Shown piece after piece: positions 47,001 through 61,347 of a stretch of 64,000 nucleotides of DNA (its first letter is position 1; the number at the start of each line of letters is the position of its first letter). Position numbers and translations under genes: made by a program. Below the pieces are notes generated by a model. The model saw only the letters and a list, made by a program, of their open reading frames with translations, was not told where the DNA came from and ran no database searches. The stretch comes from Azolla caroliniana (Eukaryota; Plantae; Polypodiophyta): contig JBHGNT010000005.1 in assembly GCA_043228905.1 (NCBI GenBank), forward strand, positions 2,914,001 through 2,978,000, written 5' to 3'.

Positions 47001-49284
47001 CTGAACTATTTTGTTTTGTTGCTGCATTTCATGACCTATTCTATACTTTGGACCTTGTTACAGTAACTAAGGAGGATATGGGAAGGCTGCAACAAGCACT
47101 AAAGACCCTTTTGGAAGCTGAAAAGCAACTGAGAAATTCATCAGATCGAACCACTTGGTTAACCGCAGCTCTACTTCAGTTTGCCCCAGAGCAATCTTAC
47201 ATATTCCCCAACTATTCCTTTGAAACAAGTGTTCCTCAGAGCTCATCAGGAGCCAATACTGGTGATTGGACACCTGAGATGAATCCTTTGCATATTTCAC
47301 AGGGTGCAAGTGATCATGAATCTGCTGTTGCTCTTTCAGATGGATGTTGGCAAGTTTCAGCTGAACAGAATCATCAAGAAACCATAGCAACTTGCCAATC
47401 ACAAACAAGAAGTGACAATCTACGAGGGGCATTTGTTCCTGGCATTGATAAGAATGTTTGGTTAACATTTCCTTGTGATGTAAGCAAAGAAATGAGGTGG
47501 CAAATGACGTTGACAAAGGATTTTGAACTACAAGAGGTTTGGCAAAGAGTTCTGGATGCAATGCATTCTAGCAGCCTCAGGAAGTTCTTGCAAATGCAAG
47601 GAAAATTGCTTTCGCTTTCACTTAGTAAAGGTATGGAACTTACAATGACTTTTACTGTTGGGATTTGACTTTTTTGCTTTAGTATCATTCTGGGCTAGTG
47701 TTTTGCCACCAATCCAAACCATAGACTTGGGATCAAATTTTAATGCCATCCTACGTCATTTGCTTGCATACACTACATCCATTGGTCTATAGAATCTCCA
47801 ATCACATCATCGCAATAAGTTTGACAGAATTATCGTGAAGTTAAATCCAAAGATTTAAGGACCATGGCCACCAGAGGTGGAGTAGAGTATGACAAACTAA
47901 TGAGAGGACGCTTCAATGTATTAGGTATCCCTCAACTTACAAACATAAGGTGCCCAACCTCTATTTATAGATACAGGTGACGCTCCCAGTTCATCAATGA
48001 GGTTTCAGACTCTTATCCTATGTGGGTTCACATATGTGCACATTTCTGAAGGATGTGTTCACATACAGTTGCCTATCTTGCTTATCTTAAATGATAAGAC
48101 ATGTGATTATAATTTAGAGAGAAAATTCATGTTCTTTCTATTTCTTTCAGGTTTTGCAGCTGCAATATTGGAATTTAGTGAGGTTGAAAGTAATTTGCGA
48201 GCTGAGAGATCAAGAACTAGCATAGCACACGCCTTTCAAGTGACTTTAGGATATCCTGTAGATGTGAAGATCAGACTGGCTTCTTCCACTAGGGATAGAG
48301 CAACAGCTACTTCTGGAGATGAGTTAAATACTTTATGGCAACGTAAATCATCATTGGTAAATCTCAAAGATTCTAGAACATCAGAAAATGCGAGAAGTTC
48401 AGACCATCGAGTGTGCAATTCCTTTAGAGAACACGCTGATTTACTAGAGCCTCAACCCACTCGGGCTAATGCCAACCTAAGCCTTGAAGTGCATAGTGGA
48501 TCTAATGAATGCCTTCCATTTCAAACCATTCAGGATAATGCAAACTCTAGAAGTTTGCATCATCGCATGGATATGTCGCAAGAAATCAATAGAAGATCTA
48601 TTGAGTTCATAAAGCCTCAAGAGACTACTCAAAAAATCAAAGACAATCATCTTGGAATAGCCACCCCTCGGAGCAAGAGTTGTAATTTCCAAAAAATCAC
48701 TGTTAATGATGATGATATCATTGCTTCTGAAGATAGGCTTGAAAGTGCGTGGGTTGAAGCTGTCCCTAACAATGAATATCCCACAGAGCAAATGCAATCT
48801 GAAGGTTCTATGCACAGTAGCATAGAGAAACATGTATTACGCCTTGGTTTTGTTATTCAGCAAGAAGAGGGTTTAGAGGCACAACATGACTACAATACCC
48901 GTGAGGTGGCTGCCAAGCTAGAAGAAGATAACTTGTAAGTTCAAATGTGAATGCTCAAATTCTACTATACACCAGCATTTCTGTAGGAAACTGCTTTTTG
49001 TAAATCTTCTTTACTCATTTGCGTCAACCCTTTTCAGGAGGTTAGATTCCAAGTCGAAGCGGCTTTTGTGTTGGAAAGCAGCAGATTCAGATGAGGTGAA
49101 GGTATGCATTATTGTTTTCCTTGGTTGCTCAAAACAAAGTATGTCTAAGGCCAGAAAATGAAGTTCTTATAAACTGAAATATGTTTCCCTTTCCATGCAG
49201 GTGAAGGGATTTCAAGCCATTCCTAGTAAGAAGCAGGGATTTCTTTTCAGTCTTTGCGCTTGTGCGACAATCAGTAACTCGTAA
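44023..49284 (+). CDS. STICHEL-like protein (DNA polymerase III gamma/tau / clamp-loader-family AAA+ ATPase), about 1157 aa
   Basis: Exons 44023-45777, 46165-46384, 47064-47630, 48151-48934, 49038-49101, 49201-49284 (3474 nt). SLSQKYMPKCFEDIVGQ, Walker A GPRGTGKTS, Cys cluster C..KPCGSCVEC, Walker B FIIDECH, SRCQ, GSLRDAE, EKQLR.S.D.TTWLTAALLQ and C-terminal LEEDNLRL..LLCWK. The start codon is inferred after the TTGCAG acceptor at 44010. Confidence 0.9.
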
Positions 49285-52200
49285 GAAAGGCTTCTTACCT
49301 TGGCATTTCTACATCTTACAGACACTACTACTCATTTTTTATCTTATGCCGTATGTAACACATTGTTTTCCAGTCATTCTGTATGGCTCTTGTTATTGTA
49401 TAGCTACTTCCCCAACACACAGGTAATGGGTGATGAGATGGCAATCAAGAAAAATGGTGCCAAAGTTTTTATTTCTCATTTCTGAATTAAAATATATTTC
49501 TGACTCTGTATAGTTACGAATCTGAACAGTTCCAAAATCAGTGCACGAGTGTCTATAAGCTGAGCATTCACATGTCAAGCCTAATTTGAATCCATTGTCA
49601 TGAATGTCTCAAGAGACATGAAAAGGAAAAGGACCATGACTTGAGAAAAACATATGAGATACGATAGCTTGGGATCATGGATCAATACATCACCTGCTCA
49701 AAACTATATATGCTCTCTATCATGTAATTAAGCTAAAGAGTGACACAAGCACATTGAGATCCAAAGATGGCAAAGGGCGTCATCAAGCAATGGTATATTA
49801 TCAGTTATAGCAAACGGTATACGGTAGGAGGCCAAGTTTATGTGAGATTTTATTATGGGGAATCATCGGCCTGTGGTTGGCATCATGGATACATCTAATG
49901 TAAGGATGAAAATAAGGAAATATATAAGACAATCAAGAAACTGAGTGAGAAAGAATGTTACCTATAGACACTAACACGACCACCCTCAAGTGAAGGGATC
50001 AAGATGGACCCAACCCCTAAACATTGTCCCATACCACCGTGTATGGACTTCGAGCCATACATGGCTTTGGTGTGCACTGGCCACAAGATCACAATCTTGA
50101 ATTAGTCAAATCCTCCCCCTTATGAGGTTAGTTAGGCCTTATATTTATAGCCAAACCCAAGGCCTCTAGGCAAGTTCATGTTAGGCCCTTAAGGTCCGTC
50201 CCAATACCTAGAATTACTAGTAATCTTCCCTTCTTTACATTGTCAATTAACACTCTTATCCTTGCAGAAAACTATGCTAAAACTAATGCATGATACGTTA
50301 TGGTTATGCCCAACGCAGTTGACTACATATATTTCCTTGGCTTTGTTTAACCTTTGTAGAAACTTATAAGATATGAAGTTATTGCTAAATAATAAGATCA
50401 TTGGAACTTTCTCCCTCTTAGTACTAGATAGAACAAATGGTGCACAACTTGTATGTAACAATTTGAGGGCAAACAAAATTTGAATGTAGCACGAGCATAC
50501 ATTAAAACCATACCAATCGAAGACAATCAAATCAAGGAAGAGCAACTAATTTTTCATTGAACTTAGTGGTCATCTAAGCTTTTCCAAAACTTGTTTCCCT
50601 CTTCTTAAAATTATTGTGTGCACATTCATATAAAATAGTTGTGAACGTGATATTGTTGTCGTTGAGAGTCATATGCATACATGAGAGTATCATGTGGTAT
50701 GCTAACATGATGAAGTTGACTATTAATGCTCATAGCATGCCTCCCTATACAACCTAGATGACCTTTGGAATGATGTGAAATAGATATTTGCATCATAATT
50801 GAGATTAGGCATCAATTCAATGTTTGAGGAAAGATCAAGTGTTTTGATGTGCGGTGATGGTATATATTCAGATATTTTTTTGTTTAAGTCTTTTGATTTG
50901 TGCCATCAATATCTCTTGCCAAAAATATAGTTTTCTTGTTACCAAACACAATTAGAAAGCTAGGTGTAATAGAGACAATACATTATCATTATAAATAGTC
51001 ATCATTTAATATGTCACATGCCAAAAATATGGCTCAAAGATGATCATAAAGTTGTCGTTTGCATATAGCATGAAATGTCAACAACATTATATGCACAACA
51101 TACATGTATAAATATGTGCATGAATATACATTGTTGTAGAACCATAAAAAACAATGATGATGGAAATCTAAAGTTAGACGCATATTCAACAAAATACCAT
51201 ACTTGCTTAATAAAGATGTTGAGTTGAAAATGTATACATATGTCATACACCCATGAGAGACAAGACGTCTCATGGGTGAGAAGCACTATGATAGATCGCC
51301 TTACAAAATTATAGTTCAAAACGTAAAAATGGTTGTGAACCAAGAAAACATGTGATGGATTTCTCGCATTTGTTGTGCTCAAGTTGGTGTGATAAGGCAA
51401 AGACAAAGTAAACGTTTATCATGCACTAGACGACAATATGATTTGAATATTTGGAGAACCTTCAATATTTGCTTTGCCTCCGGTGCTGAAATAATATTAG
51501 CATTCAAAAAACGTTAGTAGTAGTTGTTGACATGTTAGATCATAATAAAGTATTTTTAAATAAAATAGCATAATTGATTAGACTATATAGTCCAGATTAC
51601 GTTTTACGGTGTAAAGCCAACATTGCTTGTTTTTTGTAAGAGATGCATTCTTGTAGGTTAGTGTATGGTTGTGAATGTAGTCTAACGTGGGAAACTTTGG
51701 CATTTCCTAAATTTAGAGATATGTGATTCTCAAGAGAATAAGTTAATGTTGACAAGTGCAATATTCTCATTCACAATAAGATGGAAACGTGTTTTTGGAA
51801 AAAAGAAGAAGAAGAAGATGGAAACGTGGTCTCATGGTTTTTTAATTGTTGGATTGCAAGAATGCTCCATCCACTAGAGGAGAGTGGAATCCTTCATTAT
51901 TCCCTCAAATGTTGGCGCATCCTCTCTTCGAATATGCTCACCTTAAATAAAATCCCACCTTCAAGCCTTTTTCTCGTCGAGGTACTGAATGATCACAAAT
52001 GTGTGATTTGAACAATCCTTTTTGTCTTTGTTCTTTTCCATTGGATTGATTACTAACGAAGCCCCACCACAATATTTATCATTGACAAATACATTTCTTA
52101 GATAAAAAATTCACATGAAATTTATTCAGTCATCTATGCAACTAGACCAATTCAATTTCTCTAACCATCAATGCTATATTTATTAGACCTACAAACCAAG

Positions 52201-53914
52201 CCTAAATGCATGCAAATTTTGTATCAAGCCACGCATGGTTAGATATATTCATAAGACCATCAACAACACTAGATGGAAGGCACAACCACGTAAGAAGTGT
52301 GAAAATGCATATGAGTTAGTGCTTGTGATTACGAAGAGGAGCAATAGATAACTAACCATGATCAAATCAATTTGTCCATGCATTAAGGTGAACACATCTC
52401 AACGAAGGTGCAAAAGAGGTTGTGATTGTGATCACATAATCTAGGAAGGACCAAACCTTGGATGTTATAGAAAACAAGAGTCAATCAAAGAGTTGGGATA
52501 AGCAAAAAGAGCCAAGAGAGGCCAAGGGCATGAAATGCTAAGAGAGACACAAGAGAGGTCGAAAGCATGGCGAACTATGGTATGATATTCAATACTTTAC
52601 ATAAGATAGAGTTGTAACGGCATGACTTATGTGTGAGGAACTCGAGCAAAATGAACATACTCTTATGTGTTGGGTGGGATAAAAAGAGTATGTGGTATGT
52701 GGGAGGCAGCCTCAAGGGGAGCTTTGGGTGTGAAAGGGAAATGATGTTGACAAAGAGATATCTTATTGATAATGTTATCGAGAGGGCAATTACTTGACAA
52801 TGGACATAGAATTGTACCCGCCTTTGAAAAATGGCTTTATTTGTCGTTAGTTTCCCTGTATTTGGAACTCTATGGGTCCCACCAAGAAGAGAAACAATAT
52901 GCCTCATAAGAAGGGAAGTTTCTCACATGTGGGAAAAGGCTTTCACTTTCTTTGTATTCCACAATAACTCTCATGCAAGGATGGCGATGGTCCTTTCCAT
53001 GAGATTTTGTGGTTAGCGATGTGTCATGTATAGTTTTTGGCAAGATATTTTTTAGAACAGATGACATATAGTTGAGGAGATGTCTATGCTAACAAATGCA
53101 TTAGCTTGTTTTTGCATTGTATTCTACATCGATGTAGGGCATCTTGTCAACAAATACACCTTATTTCAAAAAATGTACCATACTTTTCTCCCTCTCAAAA
53201 AATGCTTCACCCTATCTTGACCCAAGGTATGGCCATTAAGGTTCTATCATACGGGCTTATGAAGTCATCTACTTTTTTTTTAGTTCATAACAAGCTCAAT
53301 CAATGTATGGCGTTGTGTTGTTATGATCACGACAATGTTGACAATCTATGAGTTCATCCAAAGTCTAATATGTTTATTAAAAAGCTAATTAAACTTTGTG
53401 GTGAAACTCTTTTTCAATCAAGCATAGTATAAAAATTGTCTTTGAGTTAAGTATACTCTAGTTGTAGGTATATGGTGAGTTTTTCATAGGAAAGACGGTC
53501 TCCATTTCATATTGCATGCTCATTCTTACCTTGTTTAAATTGTCAATGCAACTTTAATATTCACTTTTGGTGAAATATCAATAATTTTATAAGAAGACTG
53601 AGCTTATGAATCATATATAGAAAATATACTTTATGTACTATGTTGTAAAACCTTAGTAGATAAATAAGCATTCTTACATCCACAAGTTTCATGTGTGATA
53701 TCAACTTTATTAACATTCTAAAGGGTGATCGTTAATCCATGTAGTTATTTTCTTTGGGGAAAAAATAGGAATTAGCATTTAATGATGTCATTTACCATTC
53801 GATGATTCTATCATTTTTTTACCCCAAAAAAACTCTTATTAGGTATAAATTTTTTACAGATGAGAGTGGTATATACAAATCCTTATAGGGACGCAATAGT
53901 TCCATCTTGTTGAA

Positions 53915-54545
53915 GTCATTTTGGAGGAGACGATGGGTGTTCGATATGTAAGAAAAAATAAAGCTTTGGTTGTGGCTTCTTAGCCATAAGGCAGTACCTA
54001 TGGGGGAGTGGTTGAGGTGTCGTGGTGGGGAGGCTAGTTGCAAGATATGTGGACACTCTTTGGAATCGATTCCTCACTGTTTTGGGATTTGCGTACAGGC
54101 GATTAACATTTGGGGTAGAAGTCTTAGGATCGTGACAACATGCGGTGTGAATGGGAGAGTTGTATGTGGGTCCTTACAAGGGCTGAAGTTAACAGGGGAA
54201 GGTTGGGCAGAACAATTTAAACCCCCATGGTCATGGATTTATAGTGCACGGTGGCAATGTGTTTCAATGTGTTGGACTTCGACCTAGCACAAAACTCTGA
54301 ATTTTTTGAGGAGACATGGATGATGGTGGCTTGCTTGACGGTCTGGCACATTTGGACCAGGCATTGTAAGTTTGTTTTTCAACAGCACAAGCTCCCAAGC
54401 GGTGAGGTATTGTTAAACATCTGGTTCGAGGTGGTATCTTGGTTGCGGGGACGGTACGACTCGATTTAGGGGAAATTGGATGAAGCAAAAAGAGCTCGGT
54501 CAAAGTTTCTATTGAAATGGGAATGTGGTAATTCCCCTAGCATGG
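53915..54545 (+). mobile_element. L1-like LINE ORF2 C-terminal fragment (zf-RVT)
   Basis: KIKLWLWLLSHKAVPMGEW, CKICGHSLESIPHCF and VWHIWTRHCKFVF motifs. Confidence 0.75.
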
Positions 54546-56853
54546 TGTTGTTCCCAGAGTTTCTGCCAAAAAGTAGTGATAATTGTATGAGGAACATGAT
54601 ATGTGTCCCATACTTTGCAACAACTGGCTCTCAGGTGGTTTGAGCAATTAGAATGTGGTGACTCATGAATTTGAAGAAAGGGATGGCTTTGCTTCCTTGA
54701 CCCGCATAAAGATCGTGCCAAGTCTATTGCAAAGGGCGATTCTAACACTTATTGCTTTCTTCCTTCTCTCGTGTGTGATAATACAACAAGTTGAGGCAGA
54801 ACAAGGACAAGACATGGACCCTAACAATGTTTGTTTGAGTGACAACAAGAGCTATATGATTAGGTGTTCTATGTTTTTCGAGGAGAAGACCTAAGCTTGC
54901 ATGTGCACACATTTACACAAGTAAACACACAAGACTCCCTACATTAGGTGTTTCTCAACACTCAACTTAAGATTTCTCTCTCAATACACTTGTACAACAA
55001 TTCTCTTCGTATTAATCAACATGGAAATATTCTCTGACATGTCACGACTCATGAATATCTCAAGAGGTTTACATGCATTCATGCATTTATCCCCTAGCCT
55101 AGGCGACTACTCTTTTAAGCATATGTCATTGGCAAACGACACAACTACTTTTCATTAATACAAAGGAATGAATGTAAAGATGATGTCAAAGAGTGAGCTT
55201 AGTTTCGTCCAATTCCTTTGTCGATGTCAACATTCCACACATCAATTCCATATTTATAGCACAAAGCCCATAGTTCACCTTTACACTTCAATGACAACTA
55301 CATTGAATGTGCACACTCTCACTCGCTCTCACATAAGCCATAATATGAAGCATCGAGGTTTATTCCCAGAGAGATTCTGTATGTTACAAGTGGTAGAATG
55401 CTCAATAATTGTATGCTACATACTCCCTCTAATCACCTACCAAATTCCCTATTCGATAAGTTACATGTAAATAATGTACTTGGTCTGGCACTGTTTTAAT
55501 CATGTTGTAATAACAACCCTCTCAAATAAAGCCCACCCTTCTTTACAAATGGCCACCCAACTTTAGAGCGCGTAGGACCACACAATATGGGGAGGTTAGG
55601 GGCACATGAAAACCCTTTTTGTATGAGGATACTGTTGGTCACGAATGAAAATCGGTGCTTTGGCATATGATACTTTTGTCTTATGTGAGAGTGGGTATTA
55701 ATGCATGACCATTTGTACCGATTAAAATTACAATCAGAACCTTTTTCATGCACAATAGGGACTGAAATAAACATATGCGAATTGAATATGCTGACTTCCT
55801 AGAAATGAGGGATGCCAAAAAATCTATGTTAGAAAATAATGCGCACAAGATGTGCTCAACCTTCTAGGTAGTATAACAATGCTTCGAGAATGGGACACTA
55901 AGTTTTCACGTCCTCATAAGAAGTATTCATAATTTTTGTGATGCCATGATGATATCTTAGTTAGTAACCTATGTGTGTGTAGAAGAGAGATTCATGTGAG
56001 CATCGTGGCAACAAAATTGTTAAACCATGGTTGATGCACATGGTCTTTACTAACCACCATCGACTTGATATAATGTAGACAATTTTGGTGGGCATATAAT
56101 AATCACCAATAGTAGCTAGTGACTTATGTGCATGGCGGAATCAAGATCGGTGACCATACAGAGTGTTAATGTTTGGGCGATTGGAAATGCAACTTCTCTT
56201 ATGATTGAGATTATAAGTTTCTTTATTTTTCTCTCTCATTAAAGACATTGGGAAGTAATTCACCGACAACTACAAGTTTATTATTAAGCTCTCTACTTCA
56301 CAAACTATTTACAAATGATTTTTTAAAGAAGGAAACTTCGTTCACAATTAAGAAATTAACAATGAATTGCTCATTCGTAAGTTAATTAAATCTCTCGATG
56401 TGTTGCACACTTTAATGTAAACTAGTTTTAATTAATAGCTTATTGCAGGATGATCAACTTAATTTAGTCCTTATAATCAACTGGTGATTAAACTTTAAGT
56501 ATTGCTTAATTGTCTTCAATGGCACAACAATTGGCATTTACTCACGAGGTCATTAAATAAATTGCGATTTTACTAACCGTTCTCTCTTTTTATGTCTAGC
56601 ATGAAATGTGATCAACATCCTTCAACAAATGCCCCATGTTTTGAAAGAAGTTCAAAGGAGCCAAAGTGTTTCGATCAAACCATATCAAAACAAAACACAA
56701 AGTTACTCTTGCCACATCCATTGGAAAGAACGCAAAGGCCGGCGACGTTAACTGGAATCGCCAAATCGCACATTCCCCAGGACAATCTCACCCTAAACAA
56801 CACCAAATCGACGGGCCCAACATGACCAAAATTATTATCTTGTGTTCCCCCTG

Positions 56854-56897
<44 letters not shown>
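56854..56897. repeat. (GT)n(TA)n microsatellite
   Basis: Read directly. A second (AT)n tract lies at 57372-57401. Confidence 0.9.
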
Positions 56898-56899
<2 letters not shown>

Positions 56900-57367
56900 A
56901 TACAGTATATGTATATCGTTATATGGAATTTACTTCGATTTTCCATTCGTCAATCAAGGGAACGAGGAATGGGGGTGTAGTTTCGACTGTATGGGGGAGT
57001 AATTTGGGATACGAAATAGAACGTAAAAATGCATTCCCGTCATCTGTATGTTGTCTTGAGAAACGACATTGGAGTGTGAAGCAAATATGTAATGCTCTTT
57101 TAATTCGGAGAGACCGATACACGCACGCGCTTCATTGAATCAATCGGCTATAGGCGGGTGGTTAATACATATACTATATAAATACACACACACATGCATA
57201 TATATGTTGTATATGCATAATAATATCGTCCAAGCAAACAAAAGGAACGTGAGGTGAAAAAAGAAAAGGTAGGAAAGGAAGACTAAGTCGAAGAAGGGAA
57301 ACCAACCGCAAGTGCCAATTCAAAATGCAGTCAGTCACAGTGTGTGGTCCTCAGCAACAACGCATAC

Positions 57368-57404
<37 letters not shown>

Positions 57405-58584
57405 TATATTTGCCTCTCAAAATATGAACAATAAAACGAAAATCAAAATAAATTCCCTTCAATTACATACATAGTTAAAAATTTGTTTCCTTTTTCTTTT
57501 TTATTGGCGTATTTCCTCTGTCTCTCCTGTCTCTCTCTGTCTGTCTCTCTGTCTCTGCACACAAATCCTTCTTCTTCCGTCTCCATTTCCTCCTCTGCAT
57601 TCGATCTCCCCTCTGCTTCCCCTCCATCTCCAAGGTAACAATATCTCTCCTCTCCTTTTTCTCTGCACAATCAGGGCTTTTCACTTCATTCATAATGCCT
57701 ACTTCTTCCCTTCTCTTTCTTTACATTAATTTAGGTTTCATCCTCCCCCCCTGCCCCCTCCCTTTTCTTTCTTTCGATTCTGATCTCTATTTCCGGCCAT
57801 ATTCCTTCATCTAGCCATCTAGTTCTTATTTTCTTGCCCCTTTCTTTCTTTCTCTTTTGCTTCCCCATTTTCTTTGTCCCTCCAAAACCATGAATTTTAC
57901 AACACCCTATTTAGGTATCGTATCTTGTTCTCTGGTTTTTAGTTTTACGTTTTCTCTTCTTCTTCTTCCTTTTTTTCCTTTGCGTTTTTCAATTTTCCGA
58001 TCCAGGTAAAACTCGAGGTTGCAACTTTCTCGTCTATTTGTGCTAGGTCTACGTATGAGGCCAGGCATAATCTTTTGCATCTTTTTTTTTTTTTTAATTC
58101 AGCACAATGGGAAAAATCATCATCTTGTCTCTAATGCTTTTCTCACTCACACAAAGTGAATGATTCTGCATTTTCACTCTCGTGTTGATTCAGCACAATG
58201 ATTTCATCTTCTTTCTCTCTATTAGCTTTCTTTAGCGTGGCATCTTATTTGCTAGCATTTATGTCTGCCTTGATCATTTCTCTTTTTGCTCGTTCCCTAA
58301 TCTCTATGTATTTATATGGCAGAGGTTCTTCTGGCCGCACATTTGTTGGCAAAAGACAAGAAGGCTTTGGCTTGCAGATCTCCTCGTGCTATTCTGAAAA
58401 TATATACATAAACTGTTTCGTGTTGACTTCGTTATTGCCTCAGCCTCTTCTTTTTTTGGGGGGTCCTCCTCCCAAGCCTTGAGGCTGTGGTTAGATTTTC
58501 AGGAGGAAAAAGAACAAGGATCTGCTGAACGAGAAAGAAGAAAACGATCACGAGAGAATAGAAAGATTTGTTTCTCTTGTCTCA

Positions 58585-61347
58585 ATGGGCGTTCTATCCA
58601 TGAGAATTCAAGGATCTATCACAGCCATAACGGCAATGGCCACAGCATCAGTGTGGTCAGAGTTCCCAGACAAATCCTCTTTACAATCGATCTCTAATGT
58701 GACAGGCCAAACTCTACTACTCTCTTCTATGTATGCACCTGTTGCAGCATCTACTTTTGATGTGGATTTCTCATTGATGAGTCCGCCAGTGAATACATCA
58801 GATATGACAAGCATTTCTTCAGGCTCAACCTTAGCCTTAACGGCAGCCTCATTATCGCCTTCCATTAGACATTATAAAGCTCGAGCGCCGATTCCGGTTA
58901 GATGTGACTTGAATTCGAGCCGTATTGTCATGTTGAACCCTTTTAAGTACCCTCATCCATCCCATATTTTTGAGATATCGAGAAGGCACAAGAATACGAG
59001 CAATTCATTGGAAGCCCATAAGAATATGAATAATCCTTTCACACATGCGTGTGGCATGTCACCAAGAGTGCATTCGTGTATGAACGCCTTTCATCCATCC
59101 GAGAGCCCATCTTCAATTTTACCCATTCTTCATGCATTTCGTCTCGAGAATATTTTTGGCTCCAATCAATGCCCCTCTCCTCTGATGGCATCTAGCTCAC
59201 TTCTTCATACTTGGCATCGGCCTCTTATTGGTCCAAACAATGCAGATTCAAGTGAGAAACAGAAGTCGTCTTCTTCCACCACCGTGGTTCTGCTTGGATG
59301 GCTTGGAGCCGAACATAGGCATTTGAAGAAGTATGTCGATTGGTATACGTCGAGAGGAATGCATGCGGTTACATTCATCGTTCCTATGAAAGACCTCTTG
59401 ACACTCGATGCAGTAGATAAGGCCGAAAAACATGTTGATGTTCTTACTGGAAATTTGGTGAACTGGATAAAAGAAGATGTAAAACAAGGCAGCGATAAGC
59501 ATCTAATCTTTCACACATTTAGTAATACTGGTTGGCTTGCGTGAGTGCCTTGTTTCAGATACAACTCTAGTTTTCAGAGTCTGTTTGTTTTTATGCAGAG
59601 GTCTTAAAAGCACTTGCATTCTCTTTTTAGGTATGGTGCGGTTCTTGAGAAGCTTATGACACATGGTGATGATTTTCTGGAGAAGATTAAAGGTTGCGTT
59701 GTTGATTCGGCTCCGTCAGCAAAGCCCAATCCTCAGGTTTGTAATAATTTGATGTTGAATTGGATGTGCCAAATTCAGCCACCGTAATCAGTTCTGCGAT
59801 TAATTTGTAGCATTTCATAGAGAATTGGATGCCAAACATAGCTAGTGATTGATTTGTATTCTCTGAGACAAAGTTGTGTGCCAAATATAGCTAGGATAGT
59901 AGTCAAACGTGTGATTAGTAGTATTTGATACAGAGTTGGATGCCAGATATACCTAATGATAGTCATGTTTTTTAGGAATTTGTAATAGCATGCACAGATT
60001 TTGATACCAAATATAGCGTCTCTGTAATGTTTGATACATAAATGGATAACGAATATAGCTTGTGGTAATCAGAACTCCATGTCTATATCAAGTGACTTAT
60101 CGTCAGTTTTTTGATTGATTTGTATATCTGGTTCAGAGTTGGATGTGTAATTTAATCAGTTGTAAATGTAAAGTCCTAAATACCGACTTTTTCTATATTT
60201 TGTCAAATGCCCCAAAGTTTTAATTGTTTCCCCAAATGCCTTTTGGCAACCCACTCTTGAGGGATTGCACGAATTATTTGAGCATTTGGGTGTTCCATTC
60301 ATCTCCTTATTCTCTCTCTCTCAGGACTTTCCCAGGGGCATTTATGTATTTCTGCTTAAAACTGACTGGCACTCAGGGAAATAATGAAATACTGAGGAGT
60401 ATTTCAGCGTTTCTCCTTTGCTATTATTAGTTACATTAACATGTGTTGGTCTGGATTTCACTTGTTAGCTCAAAGCTTGTATTTATGCAATTGCAGGTTT
60501 GGGCATCAGGGTTTTCAGCAGCGCTGCTGAAGAAGAGCAGTGTGGCCACCCAGAAGCTCCAGACCAATATTGATGGTTTGAACGTGACGGCGAAGCCGAG
60601 TATGACAGAGACGGCACTCCTTACAATGCTTGAGAAATTCTTCTCTGTATTGTTCCAAGTTCCTCATGTGAATCGGTAATACTCGATGTAAAAATAGATC
60701 ATACCATAACCTAAACAGTAACGGCATGTGTCTGAAATAGATCATTTGGCTGAAGTACCTAATGTACCTAAATCAAAAAACAACACAGAGTAGAAATAGA
60801 TCATGTACCCAAAAGAAATTTGATATTGTTTGTGCATAATACTTTAGATTATATCTAGCTTAAGTATGGATATAGACTTAAAAAATACTGAGTTGAAATA
60901 GATCATATACCTAAAAGAAATTTGATATTGTTTGCGGATAAAACACTAGATCATATACCTAAATGATCTTCCTGGAAATAGATTGCCAACCAAAAATGTA
61001 TCAAGTATTGTCATTGCACTAAATATGTGAACAAAAACCAAAATATGTGTTTTGTTCTAAGTTTGTTTGTTTGTTTGTTGTCCAGGAGGTTAACTGATGT
61101 TGTAACAGTGTTATCAAACCAACAACCTGCGTGCCCACAGCTGTATGTTTATAGTAGTGCTGATGCCGTTATTCCCGCAACATCAGTTGAAGCGTTTATA
61201 GAAGAGCAGAAGAAAGCAGGTCGGATGGTGAAGGCATGTAACTTTGAGACCTCTCCACATGTGGACCATTTCCGATCACACCCTGAAAAATATAGCGAAC
61301 AGCTGACTTGTTTTCTCAAGGTTTGTATGCCACAATGGGTGCATTAA
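58585..61347 (+). CDS. TMEM53-like / DUF829 family protein (alpha/beta-hydrolase-like), 500 aa
   Basis: Exons 58585-59540, 59631-59736, 60497-60675, 61086-61347 (1503 nt). VVLLGWLGAEHRHLKKYVDWY, LIFHTFSNTGWLAYG, GCVVDSAP, VWASGFSAALLKK, PQLYVYSSADAVIP and SPHVDHFRSHP motifs. Confidence 0.9.
59755..60150. repeat. Degenerate about 60-bp minisatellite in DUF829 intron 2
   Basis: (GA)A/GTTGGATGCCAAA(C/T)ATAGCT-like core near 59757, 59821, 59873, 59932, 59998, 60041 and 60135. Confidence 0.55.
60690..60965. repeat. AAATAGATCAT-based repeats and about 102-bp duplication in DUF829 intron 3
   Basis: GAAATAGATCAT(G/A)TACC(C/T)AAAAGAAATTTGATATTGTTTG at about 60793 and 60896, with shorter copies at about 60692, 60735 and 60947. 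Confidence 0.75.

Noticed and set aside
49960-53400. Scattered very degenerate Copia-like traces (also 21500-22350 and 28850-29100)
   Set aside because: The motifs are too eroded to assign a domain or boundaries without an HMM search.
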